From Candidatus Nanoclepta minutus (GTDB lineage Archaea > Nanobdellota > Nanobdellia > Nanobdellales > Nanobdellaceae): a stretch of 32,000 nt of DNA. The stretch spans positions 60,001-92,000 of the forward strand of contig MWMI01000003.1 in the NCBI GenBank assembly GCA_003568775.1, read 5' to 3'. The translations under genes were made by a program, and so were the position numbers. The notes under the pieces are model-generated. The model worked only from the letters and a program-made list of their open reading frames with translations. It was not told the DNA's origin and ran no database searches. Positions 7,507 through 16,644 of this stretch are shown here, piece after piece. The number at the start of each line of letters is the position of its first letter. Positions within the stretch are counted from its first letter, which is position 1.

Positions 7507-8513
7507 GTTAGTAAAGAAACTATACATATTAACGCCTGTAGGAGGGATAGGGTAATTACTACCTTTCTCTCTGTAGCGCATCCAAAAATCTTTTTATTAA
7601 TCTTTATCGCTAGGTGGGTCATACTATATATCTTCTCGTATGGTTCTTTTAAACAATTTTTTTCATCAGGTATACCGAAGTTTTCTTTATATATACCATC
7701 CTTAAGCCCCCTTAAGAATAGGATCAGTTCAATGAAATAAAGTGTATAGGTTATTACCCCAAACTTTTCCATGTTCCCTAAAATTATTAGACTTCCATAC
7801 AATGCCCCTATACCATAAGTAAAGGAGTTACCTGGAAAGACTCTTGCAGGGTATTTGTTAAAGATAAAGAAAGCTAGTATAGAGGAAACCGTTATCAAGG
7901 AAGTGTAAGATATATAATATAGGCCAGATAGATAAGATTTTATTGCTAGGGATGTAAAGAGTATTAGGCCCATTGAAGCCTCTAATCCGTTATATCCAGC
8001 GATCATGTTAAATGCGTTTGATGCTCCTATAATACCTATAGGGACTAATACTAGGGGATAGAGCATTCCAACATCTATAGGACCTATGAAGGGTATATTG
8101 ATTACTGAAACACCACTAGAGGTAACCATTAAAGGTAAGGCTAATGTAGAAGTTAGTAATACCCTTTTCCAATGTTTTATTCCTTTTTTCCATCCTAATA
8201 CATCATCTAGAATACCTATTATTAAAGATAAAGAAACAACTGTCTCTATTATAAATATTTGAAGTAAATTAAAGGTCGTTTTTATCAGATAAACCTTCAG
8301 TGCCACATAAAGAAGGATTGATATACAAACGCTTAGGAGTACGAAAAAACCGCCTATCTCTGTAACCTCAGGTTTTTCATATTTGTTTAAATCCCTCCCA
8401 ACAAGACCTAATTCTTTTCCTAAAACGATCCATCTTTTTACTAAGGAATAAGTTAATAAGAATGAGAATAAAAGGATAAAGATAGATAAAAAATATTCTA
8501 TCATACTTCCCAA
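7503..8513 (-). CDS. aglH: Dolichyl-phosphate HexNAc-1-phosphate transferase (GT4, MraY/WecA/Alg7 family; AglH-like)
   Basis: It is a polytopic membrane protein with 'ILDDVLGW' and 'NAFNMIAGYNGLEASMG' motifs typical of polyprenyl-phosphate N-acetylhexosamine-1-P transferases. It lies immediately downstream of aglB with a 13-nt overlap. Confidence 0.85.
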   Translation of the reverse strand: MGSMIEYFLSIFILLFSFLLTYSLVKRWIVLGKELGLVGRDLNKYEKPEVTEIGGFFVLLSVCISILLYVALKVYLIKTTFNLLQIFIIETVVSLSLIIGILDDVLGWKKGIKHWKRVLLTSTLALPLMVTSSGVSVINIPFIGPIDVGMLYPLVLVPIGIIGASNAFNMIAGYNGLEASMGLILFTSLAIKSYLSGLYYISYTSLITVSSILAFFIFNKYPARVFPGNSFTYGIGALYGSLIILGNMEKFGVITYTLYFIELILFLRGLKDGIYKENFGIPDEKNCLKEPYEKIYSMTHLAIKINKKIFGCATERKVVITLSLLQALICIVSLLT

Positions 8514-11500
8514 ATAGATTTATAATTCTTTAGACCATATATTTCAGAGCACTTATTTATCTCTTCCAGATTCGTCGCTAGATAGAGACAATACTTGTAT
8601 TCAGGTACTGTAAAGTTTTCCGGGTAGTATATCTTCCATACTTTAGATGGTTGAGCTTCTTGATATATTTCTAAAGGTATTTTGTATATTGGTGGAATTC
8701 CTGGGTATGTATAGAAGACTAATTCAAAGTACGGATAACTGTCCTCAAAGAAATAGAGCTTTACCCAGGTATAGTTCATGGATTTTTGGGAAATGAAGTA
8801 TGCGGTAGCTAGAGACGATATATTATCGGGGTTCGTTATACTTGGAGTTACATATAAGCATCCATAATAGTCTGGATTTGGAAAATCTAGTCTAGCCCCT
8901 TCTAAGTATAGGCATCCTAATGTTAAGTTATAGTACTTTCCGTTATAATATAATAAGGCAGTTAAGTTTCTTACAAGCCATGGGGATATCTTGCTATAGT
9001 TTATAGATTCCCTTAATTGTTTTAGTTCGACAATTGGTTCTAAAAACTTTATATCGACTCTTACTATTCTTCCACAATTATTTATTCCTAAATCAGGTAT
9101 ACATCTAGGTATTTTCACATTATTTATATATAGATCCTCATCTAATGGGAAATCTCCAAAATAAGATAAAGTATCGTTATTTGCAAATACATAGTAAACT
9201 TTATTTCCAATTACTGTCCTAACACCAAGTTTTACATTATATTCCTCAGGTAAAGCAGAAAAGAAATTGGATATCCAGCTTACTTTATCGTACATTAAAT
9301 CAGAACCTAACCTAGTAAACTGATAGGATTTTCCAATATCGGTTGGATCTATGTATAGATAGGAAGGCATTACGTAATCTATTTCATATATTTTTTTGAT
9401 TAACTGTATCTCTTTCTCACTTAAGCCAAACTCTTCTATAGACTCCTTGCTTCCATTGAACTTAAACAATAGGCTTATCCATCCATCTCCTAACCTCTCT
9501 TTTAAATTAATTATCTTATCTATTTCTTCTTTTGAAAAGTTCAAGTCTTTATACAAATAATCATAAAATACTTTGTTTTTTCCGAATAACTCTAATATCT
9601 TAAAGATATGATAGTTATATGAAGAGTGTACATATAATAATTCTAGAGATTCGTTAAAGGACGTTCCAGCTAATCCATACCTCCCCATTAAATGATTCCA
9701 ATACGGGTATGAATTATCTCCAGACAACCATACTGTTCTGTTACCTAATACCCTCATATAATATCCATAATCCCACCAAAAGTGTATGGCAGAGTTATTT
9801 TCTGTATTAAAGTTTATCCATAAGGCAGAATAAATTATATTATCCTCCGTTCCTCCAGTATATAGTGGGAAGAAGTAGTAAGTTATGTATCCGAATCTAT
9901 TGTAAAATCCATATAAGATAGTAAGCAATAATGAGAACTTTAGGTATGAGGTTAAATTGAGATCTTTATTCCTAAAGTAATATTGGATAATAAAGTAAAC
10001 GTAGAAGAACGCTGGAAAGATTAGTGGAAATATGAACAACCTTGTCCTCTGTAAAATATAAAATACTAGGTAAAATGCTGTAACTGAAGAAATTAAGAAG
10101 AAGATATGTGTTAATATTTCTGATATAGTGTCTTTCTTATATTTATCTAACAAACCTAGCCAGTTAAGAGATATTGGGAATAATAGAGATAAAGAGAATC
10201 CTGCAAAGAACGCTAATCTATATATATACTTTCCTATAATTAATAGAAGGATAGAAGTTATAAGAACGAAGAGTTCCTCATCCGAAATATCTTTATAGGA
10301 CAGAATAATCCATGGGATTATAACGAAAAATACCAGAGACCAGGATAGTATTGTAGCGCCTGTTAGGGATAAAAAGTTATCTAATAAGAAGAGAGATGAT
10401 AGGAACAATGCGGAAAAGGATAAGGCATATAGTAGTTTCCATTTCTCTTTTTTATCCCATAAGAGATAAATTAGGGCAATTGTGGAAAGTATAGCACCAG
10501 CTACCGTATAATTCCTTAAATATTCTAAACCAGAAAACTTTTGAAATTCTGCAACAGATGTAATCATTCTATCACTGTAAGGAGATATTATATTGTTTAT
10601 ATATTTTGAAATGTATGGGATAGATATGATTATTAGCAAGAAGATTAAGAACAATCTGTAGAATGTATTTTTCTCAACTATTTTAAATAATCTTAATCTT
10701 TCATATACCCTATCCGTTTTTTCGTATATCTTAAATTTGCTAAATAAATAATCCAGTAGGTATAGAGCTGGGATTACGAGTATTATAATGTTATGTACTT
10801 CAAATAGAGAGGAGATTAGGATGTCTTCATATTCTAATAAGGAGAAGTATGGAATAAACAAGGCATAATAAGAAATTTCTGGATTATTTCTACCCAATAC
10901 GAACCTCAATACTTCTACAACTCCAATTACTAAAGGTATTATTACCCATCCACCCCATCCTTTTCTAGCTAAGATCGTTGAGAATATTAACAGGGTATAA
11001 AAGTATTCCTTTGATGGTTTGAATAAAGGATATAATATTAGAAGAGCTGTGAAGAGGGAAAGTAGTGTAAATGTCTGTAAGTGATCGCTGTTAGGAAAGT
11101 ATTTTATAAAGTAGTATAGTAAAATTATTCCGGCTACAGTTATACCAATTAGGATGTATCTTTTGATCTTATTTTTTTCAGCATTATTCTTAATTCCTAA
11201 TATATAGAAGTAGAGGGAAAGAACGATGAATAGTATTGCGCCAAGCTCTGTATCGAATGCTATTATCCTACTACCTATTAGAACATTTATGGAATATATA
11301 ATGGAAGAGACGGTTGCTAGTTTCCTATCCTTAAATAGTTCCTTTGCTAATAGGAAAAAGACGACGGATGAAAGTCCAAAGAATAAGGGGACTGTAAAGT
11401 TGGCGGCTAGCCATGTAATTTGGTTTGCTAGTGGATATATCCCTAAAATTGATAGGAAGGAGAGGGATGGGATAGCTTTTAGTATCAATAAGGAAAAAAG

Positions 11501-11752
11501 TCCAAGATACGATACTAAATCCTTATCTGTAAGGTATGTTCCGATGGGATAGTATCTACTTGGATCATAATCCGGTATATAACCCTTTGTATATAGGTCC
11601 ATCATATATGAATAGAACAAATAGGGATCTGGACCAACTAGATTATAATCACCGAGATTGTTTAATAATAAGCCCTTTGAGCCGAAGGATACTGAAAATA
11701 TTAATAGGCAGAGTACAATATCCTTAAGTACGTCCTTATTCCTAAATACCAT
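8501..11752 (-). CDS. aglB: Archaeal oligosaccharyltransferase AglB (STT3 family), 1083 aa
   Basis: The N-terminal half is multi-TM and is followed by the diagnostic WWDYG motif ('IHFWWDYGYY', codons at 9764-9778 on the minus strand). A large soluble C-terminal domain follows. Confidence 0.9.
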   Translation of the reverse strand: MVFRNKDVLKDIVLCLLIFSVSFGSKGLLLNNLGDYNLVGPDPYLFYSYMMDLYTKGYIPDYDPSRYYPIGTYLTDKDLVSYLGLFSLLILKAIPSLSFLSILGIYPLANQITWLAANFTVPLFFGLSSVVFFLLAKELFKDRKLATVSSIIYSINVLIGSRIIAFDTELGAILFIVLSLYFYILGIKNNAEKNKIKRYILIGITVAGIILLYYFIKYFPNSDHLQTFTLLSLFTALLILYPLFKPSKEYFYTLLIFSTILARKGWGGWVIIPLVIGVVEVLRFVLGRNNPEISYYALFIPYFSLLEYEDILISSLFEVHNIIILVIPALYLLDYLFSKFKIYEKTDRVYERLRLFKIVEKNTFYRLFLIFLLIIISIPYISKYINNIISPYSDRMITSVAEFQKFSGLEYLRNYTVAGAILSTIALIYLLWDKKEKWKLLYALSFSALFLSSLFLLDNFLSLTGATILSWSLVFFVIIPWIILSYKDISDEELFVLITSILLLIIGKYIYRLAFFAGFSLSLLFPISLNWLGLLDKYKKDTISEILTHIFFLISSVTAFYLVFYILQRTRLFIFPLIFPAFFYVYFIIQYYFRNKDLNLTSYLKFSLLLTILYGFYNRFGYITYYFFPLYTGGTEDNIIYSALWINFNTENNSAIHFWWDYGYYMRVLGNRTVWLSGDNSYPYWNHLMGRYGLAGTSFNESLELLYVHSSYNYHIFKILELFGKNKVFYDYLYKDLNFSKEEIDKIINLKERLGDGWISLLFKFNGSKESIEEFGLSEKEIQLIKKIYEIDYVMPSYLYIDPTDIGKSYQFTRLGSDLMYDKVSWISNFFSALPEEYNVKLGVRTVIGNKVYYVFANNDTLSYFGDFPLDEDLYINNVKIPRCIPDLGINNCGRIVRVDIKFLEPIVELKQLRESINYSKISPWLVRNLTALLYYNGKYYNLTLGCLYLEGARLDFPNPDYYGCLYVTPSITNPDNISSLATAYFISQKSMNYTWVKLYFFEDSYPYFELVFYTYPGIPPIYKIPLEIYQEAQPSKVWKIYYPENFTVPEYKYCLYLATNLEEINKCSEIYGLKNYKSIWEV

Positions 11753-11802
11753 CCATCATACTTTATAGTAAATGTTTAAATTTTTTCTAGGAATATTTAA
11801 GA

Positions 11803-12096
11803 ATGCCCAAGAAGGTCATGGAAAAGATTGGTGAAGAGGGGATTAAACAATCAGAACAAAATATAACTAAGGAGAATGTAATAATTTGGAGTCCTTCTTA
11901 TAGAGCAGAAGTTTTAGAGATAGTCGGTAGGACTGGAATGAGGGGTGAGGCAACACATACTATAGTTAGAGTTCTAGATGGGCCAAATGCAGGGAAGATA
12001 TTGAGGAGGAACATTGTAGGACCTATAAGAAAGGGGGATATAATAATGCTTAGGGAGACTGAAATATCGGCTATGCCAATAGAAAAGAAAGATTAG
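11803..12096 (+). CDS. rps28e: Ribosomal protein eS28 (S28e), with an ~25-aa N-terminal extension if the first ATG is used
   Basis: '[53 protein letters not shown]' matches the conserved S28e core. Confidence 0.9.
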   Translation: MPKKVMEKIGEEGIKQSEQNITKENVIIWSPSYRAEVLEIVGRTGMRGEATHTIVRVLDGPNAGKILRRNIVGPIRKGDIIMLRETEISAMPIEKKD

Positions 12097-12097
12097 G

Positions 12098-12268
12098 ATG
12101 GAGGAGAGGATATGTTCTTTCTGTGGTAATAAATTGGAACCTGGAACTGGTCTTATTTATGTTCTAAACGATGGTAGGGTATTATATTTCTGTTCTAGAA
12201 AATGTTATAGAAATTGGGAGATGGGAAGAAATCCGAAAAAATATAAGTGGGCATCAGTAAATAGATGA
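12098..12268 (+). CDS. rpl24e: Ribosomal protein eL24 (L24e), 56 aa; absent from the supplied ORF track
   Basis: Manual translation gives [56 protein letters not shown]. It has the C-x2-C...C-x3-C zinc ribbon and the NP(R/K)K..W motif of L24e. It lies 1 nt after rps28e, and its stop overlaps the next ATG (ATGA). Confidence 0.9.
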   Translation: MEERICSFCGNKLEPGTGLIYVLNDGRVLYFCSRKCYRNWEMGRNPKKYKWASVNR

Positions 12269-12864
12269 GAAGGCTGATAAAGTTACTTATAATCATATTT
12301 ATTTTTTTCGTTTTAGTCAGCTATTTATACGTAAGCTTATTTGAAACATCTCTGGTTCTTAGGATTCCTTCTCCGAATGGAAGGTTGTATGAAGTGAGTT
12401 TTAATAATTTGGATATAATTAGGATGACATTTAATGGTGTTTTAAAGAAATTAGATATTGAAAATGGTTTAAACAAATCAGAAAGAGTTTCTATATATGT
12501 TAAGGAGATGAACGATATAATAGTTAAATATAAAGATTACTATGACTTCTATTATCTGGAATTTCAAAAGCTCTATCCGGAGAGGTATTTTATACTATGT
12601 ATATCCGATTCCTGTGATTATCTCTTCTTTTCAACCTCTGGTTTGTTGAAGGTTAATGGAAGCGAGGTCAATATAAAGGATCCCTTAATTTTATGGATAG
12701 ACGAAGAATATCTGAGGGGGTTCTTTAGATGTATGGAGGGGGGGTGCGATCTACTATATTATCTGAAGGAAGGTATAATTAAAGGAAATTTCAAGGTAAA
12801 AAACGCTAAAAAAGTAGTAGAGAGGATATTAGAAAAGTATAAGTTTACTCCTCCGATGGGTTGA
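12265..12864 (+). CDS. Hypothetical N-terminally membrane-anchored protein
   Basis: The ORF has one N-terminal hydrophobic helix ([23 protein letters not shown]). No recognisable catalytic motif was seen. It is translationally coupled to rpl24e. Confidence 0.45.
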   Translation: MRRLIKLLIIIFIFFVLVSYLYVSLFETSLVLRIPSPNGRLYEVSFNNLDIIRMTFNGVLKKLDIENGLNKSERVSIYVKEMNDIIVKYKDYYDFYYLEFQKLYPERYFILCISDSCDYLFFSTSGLLKVNGSEVNIKDPLILWIDEEYLRGFFRCMEGGCDLLYYLKEGIIKGNFKVKNAKKVVERILEKYKFTPPMG

Positions 12865-13693
12865 TGGATTTTAGTATAAAGACAAACATTATAGTAGCTA
12901 GTGGGAGTATAACAACTGAGGAAAATATTTGAATAAAGTATATATATTCTGTAGCTGCAGTTATAGCCCCCATTAGAGTTGTTAGAACTATTACGAATAT
13001 AACACCAACAACCACTAACGTTATATATACCTCTAATAAGACCTGCATAGTATTTGAGTATTCTATAAGACCTCTTTTATATTCCTCTGCAAACTGTCTA
13101 GCCTTTCTATATAGAAAATCGTCTAGCGATCCTCCTTCTATAAGAATAGACCTTATCCCCTCTAGTACCTCCCTCCAGTTCCTTGAGGGTGAGTATTGGG
13201 CTTTATAATGTAAGGCTACTGGCAAAGAAACCCCCATAGAAGCTACTAAATTGTATATCTCTTCGGCATCTTTTTGGATCTCTGAAAATTCTTTGTATTT
13301 TGATAGTAGTTCAAATAAGGTTAGGGGATTTGTTCCAGAAGAGGCTAAGGCAGCCATATATGTTACAACGAAGTATATAACGGAATCTATCTTCTTTTTT
13401 CTTTCAGAAGCTTTTATGGATGGTAAAGATCTGAAGAATATTATTCCTATTAGGAATCCTAAAATGGAGAAAAATACAGCAATTGGGATTGGTATGATCA
13501 ATAAGATTGTTTTAAAGAATATTAATGAAATTAAGGTTCCCAGTATAAATCCAGCAAAACCCATAGCAAAGGTAACTAGTAATATATAGATTTCAGCTTT
13601 TTTTGCATATGTAATTATGTCTTCCTTTATATTAGCCTTTCTCATCTCCTCATCCAAGTCACCGAAAAAAGATATTAGAAAGGACTCTATCAT
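12845..13693 (-). CDS. Type IV pilus/archaellum platform protein, single T2SSF domain (FlaJ/TadC-like half)
   Basis: The cytoplasmic helical bundle 'IDSVIYFVVTYMAALASSGTNPLTLFELL...GVSLPVALHYKA...ILIEGGSLDDFL' matches the T2SSF pattern and is flanked by TM helices. Confidence 0.75.
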   Translation of the reverse strand: MIESFLISFFGDLDEEMRKANIKEDIITYAKKAEIYILLVTFAMGFAGFILGTLISLIFFKTILLIIPIPIAVFFSILGFLIGIIFFRSLPSIKASERKKKIDSVIYFVVTYMAALASSGTNPLTLFELLSKYKEFSEIQKDAEEIYNLVASMGVSLPVALHYKAQYSPSRNWREVLEGIRSILIEGGSLDDFLYRKARQFAEEYKRGLIEYSNTMQVLLEVYITLVVVGVIFVIVLTTLMGAITAATEYIYFIQIFSSVVILPLATIMFVFILKSINPSEE

Positions 13694-13731
13694 TATATTT
13701 AAATATATGATTATAGAGAATTATAAATATA

Positions 13732-14922
13732 ATGAGATTGTTTACGAGAAAGAAGGATATAGCCGATGATCCAGAAGTATATGGAAAGATATATATATTT
13801 GGTAAGCCCATAAAGCATGACAGATTTATACTGATAATATCTCTATCCCTTGCAATAATCTTATTTTTCTCAGGTGTATACTTCAAGCTATATATGAGTT
13901 ATATCACTCTATCAGCCCTTTTAATTTCGGTTTATTCTATTGTTTCCTTTCCCTATATATTTTACAAGATCCTTGAAAACAACGAAAGGAGAAGGATAGA
14001 AGACGAATACATATCCTTTTTGAGGGATCTAGCAGAAGCTCTGTCTTCGGGTATGTCTCTTCACCAAGCCTTAAAGCATGTGAGTGAGATAGGATATACT
14101 GCTTTAGGTAAGTTTATAAGAAAATTATACGTATGGGTTAGTTGGGGTATAGATTTTAGAAGGGCCTTTGAGATGTTTAACAAATATTTTGAGGGTTATA
14201 GGGAAATTAGGAGGGCAAATAATGTTATTTTAGAAACTTATATATCTGGAGGAGATTTGGCAAAAATACTGAAAACACTATCGGATGATTTAGAGAATAT
14301 AAGGGATTTAGAAAAGCTTAGAGCCTCTTATATGAGACAGCAGACTTTAGTAATGTATATAATCTATGTAGTCTTTATAGGCATGTTAATAGGTATTTTA
14401 ACAATGCTAAAGCCCATGATGATGCAGTTAGTTCAGACTGGAGAGGGAGGTTTTGGAGTTAGCTTTGGAAAAATAGACTATGGTATGTTAAAGAACGTTC
14501 TTGGAATTTCTATAATAGTAGAGGCATTTTCGATTGCAATAATAAACGGCTATATAGAATCTAATAGGATAAGTGGAAGTTTCAGACATTTAGCGATAAC
14601 TACCTTCATAGCAGTATTGGTCTATATATTCTTCATAATCCCCCCATCCGTAATGATAGATATAACGATGCCGATCGCGCCTTTCTCGGGTATGCCCATT
14701 GAGATGACTATAAAGGTAGGGGTAGACATGAAGCCTATTACTACAACGGCAAGGATAGAGGTCTTAGGTCCTTCAACTTATCTGATAGATTACGTTGATG
14801 TGGTGAGTGGGGCAGGTAGGTATACGTTTACTCCATCTTCTTCCGGAAAATATACTATAAAAGTTACAGTAAACTATGGTGGAAATAGGTATACGGAAGT
14901 AAAAGAAATAACTGTATCATGA
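13732..14922 (+). CDS. Type IV pilus/archaellum platform protein, single T2SSF domain (FlaJ/TadC-like) fused to a C-terminal ~85-aa Ig-like beta-sandwich domain
   Basis: 'ISFLRDLAEALSSGMSLHQALKHVSE...ILETYISGGDLAKILKTLSDDL' matches T2SSF and is followed by TM helices. The C-terminal 'PIEMTIKVGV...RYTFTPSSSGKYTIKVTVNYGGNRYTEVKEITV' is beta-rich and resembles CARDB/PKD domains. Confidence 0.75.
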   Translation: MRLFTRKKDIADDPEVYGKIYIFGKPIKHDRFILIISLSLAIILFFSGVYFKLYMSYITLSALLISVYSIVSFPYIFYKILENNERRRIEDEYISFLRDLAEALSSGMSLHQALKHVSEIGYTALGKFIRKLYVWVSWGIDFRRAFEMFNKYFEGYREIRRANNVILETYISGGDLAKILKTLSDDLENIRDLEKLRASYMRQQTLVMYIIYVVFIGMLIGILTMLKPMMMQLVQTGEGGFGVSFGKIDYGMLKNVLGISIIVEAFSIAIINGYIESNRISGSFRHLAITTFIAVLVYIFFIIPPSVMIDITMPIAPFSGMPIEMTIKVGVDMKPITTTARIEVLGPSTYLIDYVDVVSGAGRYTFTPSSSGKYTIKVTVNYGGNRYTEVKEITVS

Positions 14923-15605
14923 GGGGAATAAGCTGGATAGAGTTCTTGATATCCTTTTTAGTCTTTTTAGCAGTTTTTTCCATGCTTTACAGCAGTTTAT
15001 ATAATTTTCAATTAAAGCTAATCTCTGATAGTTACTATATAGATAGGTTCCAGAAGTTTTTGATCGCTTCTTACTATTATTTAGAAAGCAAGGATCCTAA
15101 TTCAATGGGGAAGATTTTTAGAATGTTTAACACAAGTTTCACTTCTTATACGTTTCCGATAATAGTAATTCCTGATAGTGCTATTAGTAGTTGCTACAAT
15201 TGTATAACCTTATACTATAATTATACCGATGAAAGTATAAACTTTTTACAGAACGTTTCTCTGGAGTATCAGACATATATTATTGCATTTTTTGTTTCAT
15301 CAGTTGAAGACCTTAATGTAAATACAAGCAAATCTGAATTTAATTGTTATAATTACCTTAAGTTAAACAATAGTGTAATAAAAGAATGTTCCTTTAAGCT
15401 TATTGGAAACTCTACAATAAAGTTCTATCCTGTTAGGAGGTATATTTATATAAAGGGCATTAATTCATTTGCTAACTTCTCTATCCATAATTCTACAATA
15501 GAGGTGGCTAGAGTTTTTTCTCCTGGGTCTATATCTGGAGAAACTTTTAATTTTTATGCGGATGAGTTAGGGATGGTAACGAAGAAAATACTTATAATTT
15601 CTTAA
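14919..15605 (+). CDS. Putative type IV pilin-like protein (class III signal peptide), glycosylation-sequon rich
   Basis: The N-terminus is 'MRG|ISWIEFLISFLVFLAVFSML': a short basic leader ending in Gly, Glu at +5, then a hydrophobic helix. An ATGA overlap links it to the upstream T2SSF gene. There are many N-x-S/T sites. Confidence 0.5.
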   Translation: MRGISWIEFLISFLVFLAVFSMLYSSLYNFQLKLISDSYYIDRFQKFLIASYYYLESKDPNSMGKIFRMFNTSFTSYTFPIIVIPDSAISSCYNCITLYYNYTDESINFLQNVSLEYQTYIIAFFVSSVEDLNVNTSKSEFNCYNYLKLNNSVIKECSFKLIGNSTIKFYPVRRYIYIKGINSFANFSIHNSTIEVARVFSPGSISGETFNFYADELGMVTKKILIIS

Positions 15606-15620
15606 AATAAAAAAGGAAGA

Positions 15621-16409
15621 ATGACCTTAGATGCAGTTATATTAGCTGGGGGTTTTGCTAAGAGGTTGAGGCCAATATCAGACGTTATGCCAAAACCTTT
15701 GCTACATATAGATGGAGTACCGTTAATAGAGTATGTATTGAGGTCTGTATTGGAGGTAGACCATAGGAGGATTATAGTTTCTACTAACAAGAAGTTTGAG
15801 AACTCTTTTAGATATTGGCTAAAGAATGTAACAAAGACTTACAATAGCAACATTAAGATATTCCTATCAATAGAACCCTCTACTGCAGAAGAGGAGAAAT
15901 TAGGGGCTATAGGAGGATTATTATATACTATAAGGCTTTATAATATAGATATAGATAATGCAGACGTCTTAGTTGTCTTGGGAGATAACTTATTTGACTT
16001 TGATCTAAAGCCTTTCGTTAGTTATGCTAGAAAGATGGGGAAAGTTGTAATTGGAGCCTATGATGTAGGTAGTAAGGATTTGGCGAAGAGGTATGGGGTA
16101 ATAGAGGTTGACAATAATGGAAGAGTAGTTAGCTTTGAGGAAAAACCAAAGGATCCGAAGTCTTCTCTAATATCCGTTGGCATATATTATATTCCCAACA
16201 GTAAAATAAAGAAAATAGAGGATTTCATAAGCGAATATAAAAATGCGGATGCAATTGGAAAGTTCTTTGAATGGTTGGTAAAAACAGATGATGTTTATGG
16301 TTATGTATTTAAGGGTAATTGGTTTGATATAGGTACACCAGATTCATATATAGAAGCTGATAGGTGGGCATCTGAAAGGAACTTGGGTAGAAGGTGGTTG
16401 TGGCCATAA
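15621..16409 (+). CDS. Sugar-1-phosphate nucleotidylyltransferase (NTP_transferase family, RmlA/GlmU-N-like)
   Basis: It carries the N-terminal 'AVILAGGFAKRLRPISDVMPKPLL' signature (G-x-G-x-R-L), plus 'GDNLFD' and 'EKP' motifs. Confidence 0.85.
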   Translation: MTLDAVILAGGFAKRLRPISDVMPKPLLHIDGVPLIEYVLRSVLEVDHRRIIVSTNKKFENSFRYWLKNVTKTYNSNIKIFLSIEPSTAEEEKLGAIGGLLYTIRLYNIDIDNADVLVVLGDNLFDFDLKPFVSYARKMGKVVIGAYDVGSKDLAKRYGVIEVDNNGRVVSFEEKPKDPKSSLISVGIYYIPNSKIKKIEDFISEYKNADAIGKFFEWLVKTDDVYGYVFKGNWFDIGTPDSYIEADRWASERNLGRRWLWP

Positions 16410-16442
16410 GTTTTTAATTCATTTTTATATTAAATCTTCTAT

Positions 16443-16516
16443 GGGCCCGTAGCTCAGCTTGGTAGAGCGTCGGGCTTTTAACCCGAAGGTCGGGGGTTCA
16501 AATCCCCTCGGGCCCG
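16443..16516 (+). tRNA. tRNA-Lys (anticodon UUU), intronless, no encoded CCA
   Basis: Manual cloverleaf: acceptor GGGCCCG/CGGGCCC, D stem GCTC/GAGC, anticodon stem TCGGG/CCCGA, loop CTTTTAA, T stem GGGGG/CCCCT, T loop TTCAAAT, discriminator G. Confidence 0.95.
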
Positions 16517-16528
16517 CTAAGGGTTATG

Positions 16529-16534
16529 TTTTTT
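16529..16534 (+). terminator. Oligo-T tract (T6) 13 nt after tRNA-Lys
   Basis: The sequence is 'ttatgttttttgtt'. Confidence 0.45.
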
Positions 16535-16644
16535 GTTAAAATCATGAATTGATTGTAGATCAAGAGGCAATATAGCATGATATTATGAAAGATCTGTAGA
16601 CCATTTCTTTTAAAATTTTTTATAATTTTTTTAAAAATAATTTA

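Noticed and set aside
7507-7581. Upstream 25-codon extension of the flippase ORF (track start at 7581).
   Set aside because: It would overlap aglH by 79 nt. The ATG at 7506 forms an ATGA stop/start overlap like other junctions in this window, and the extension (MRYREKGSNYPIPPTGVN...) looks like out-of-frame aglH sequence.
11226-11727. ORFs of 108 and 63 aa antisense to aglB.
   Set aside because: They are fully contained in the aglB CDS (WWDYG-containing, 1083 aa) and have no recognisable features.
13251-13886. ORFs of 112 aa (13251-13589, +) and 75 aa (13659-13886, -) overlapping the T2SSF genes.
   Set aside because: They are antisense shadows of the two T2SSF-domain genes. The 75-aa ORF would also run across the divergent promoter spacer.
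16517-16644. Possible C/D-box sRNA or other small RNA in the tRNA-Lys downstream spacer.
   Set aside because: There is no convincing RUGAUGA / CUGA box pair with terminal stem. Only partial 'atgat' strings occur, which are expected in AT-rich DNA.
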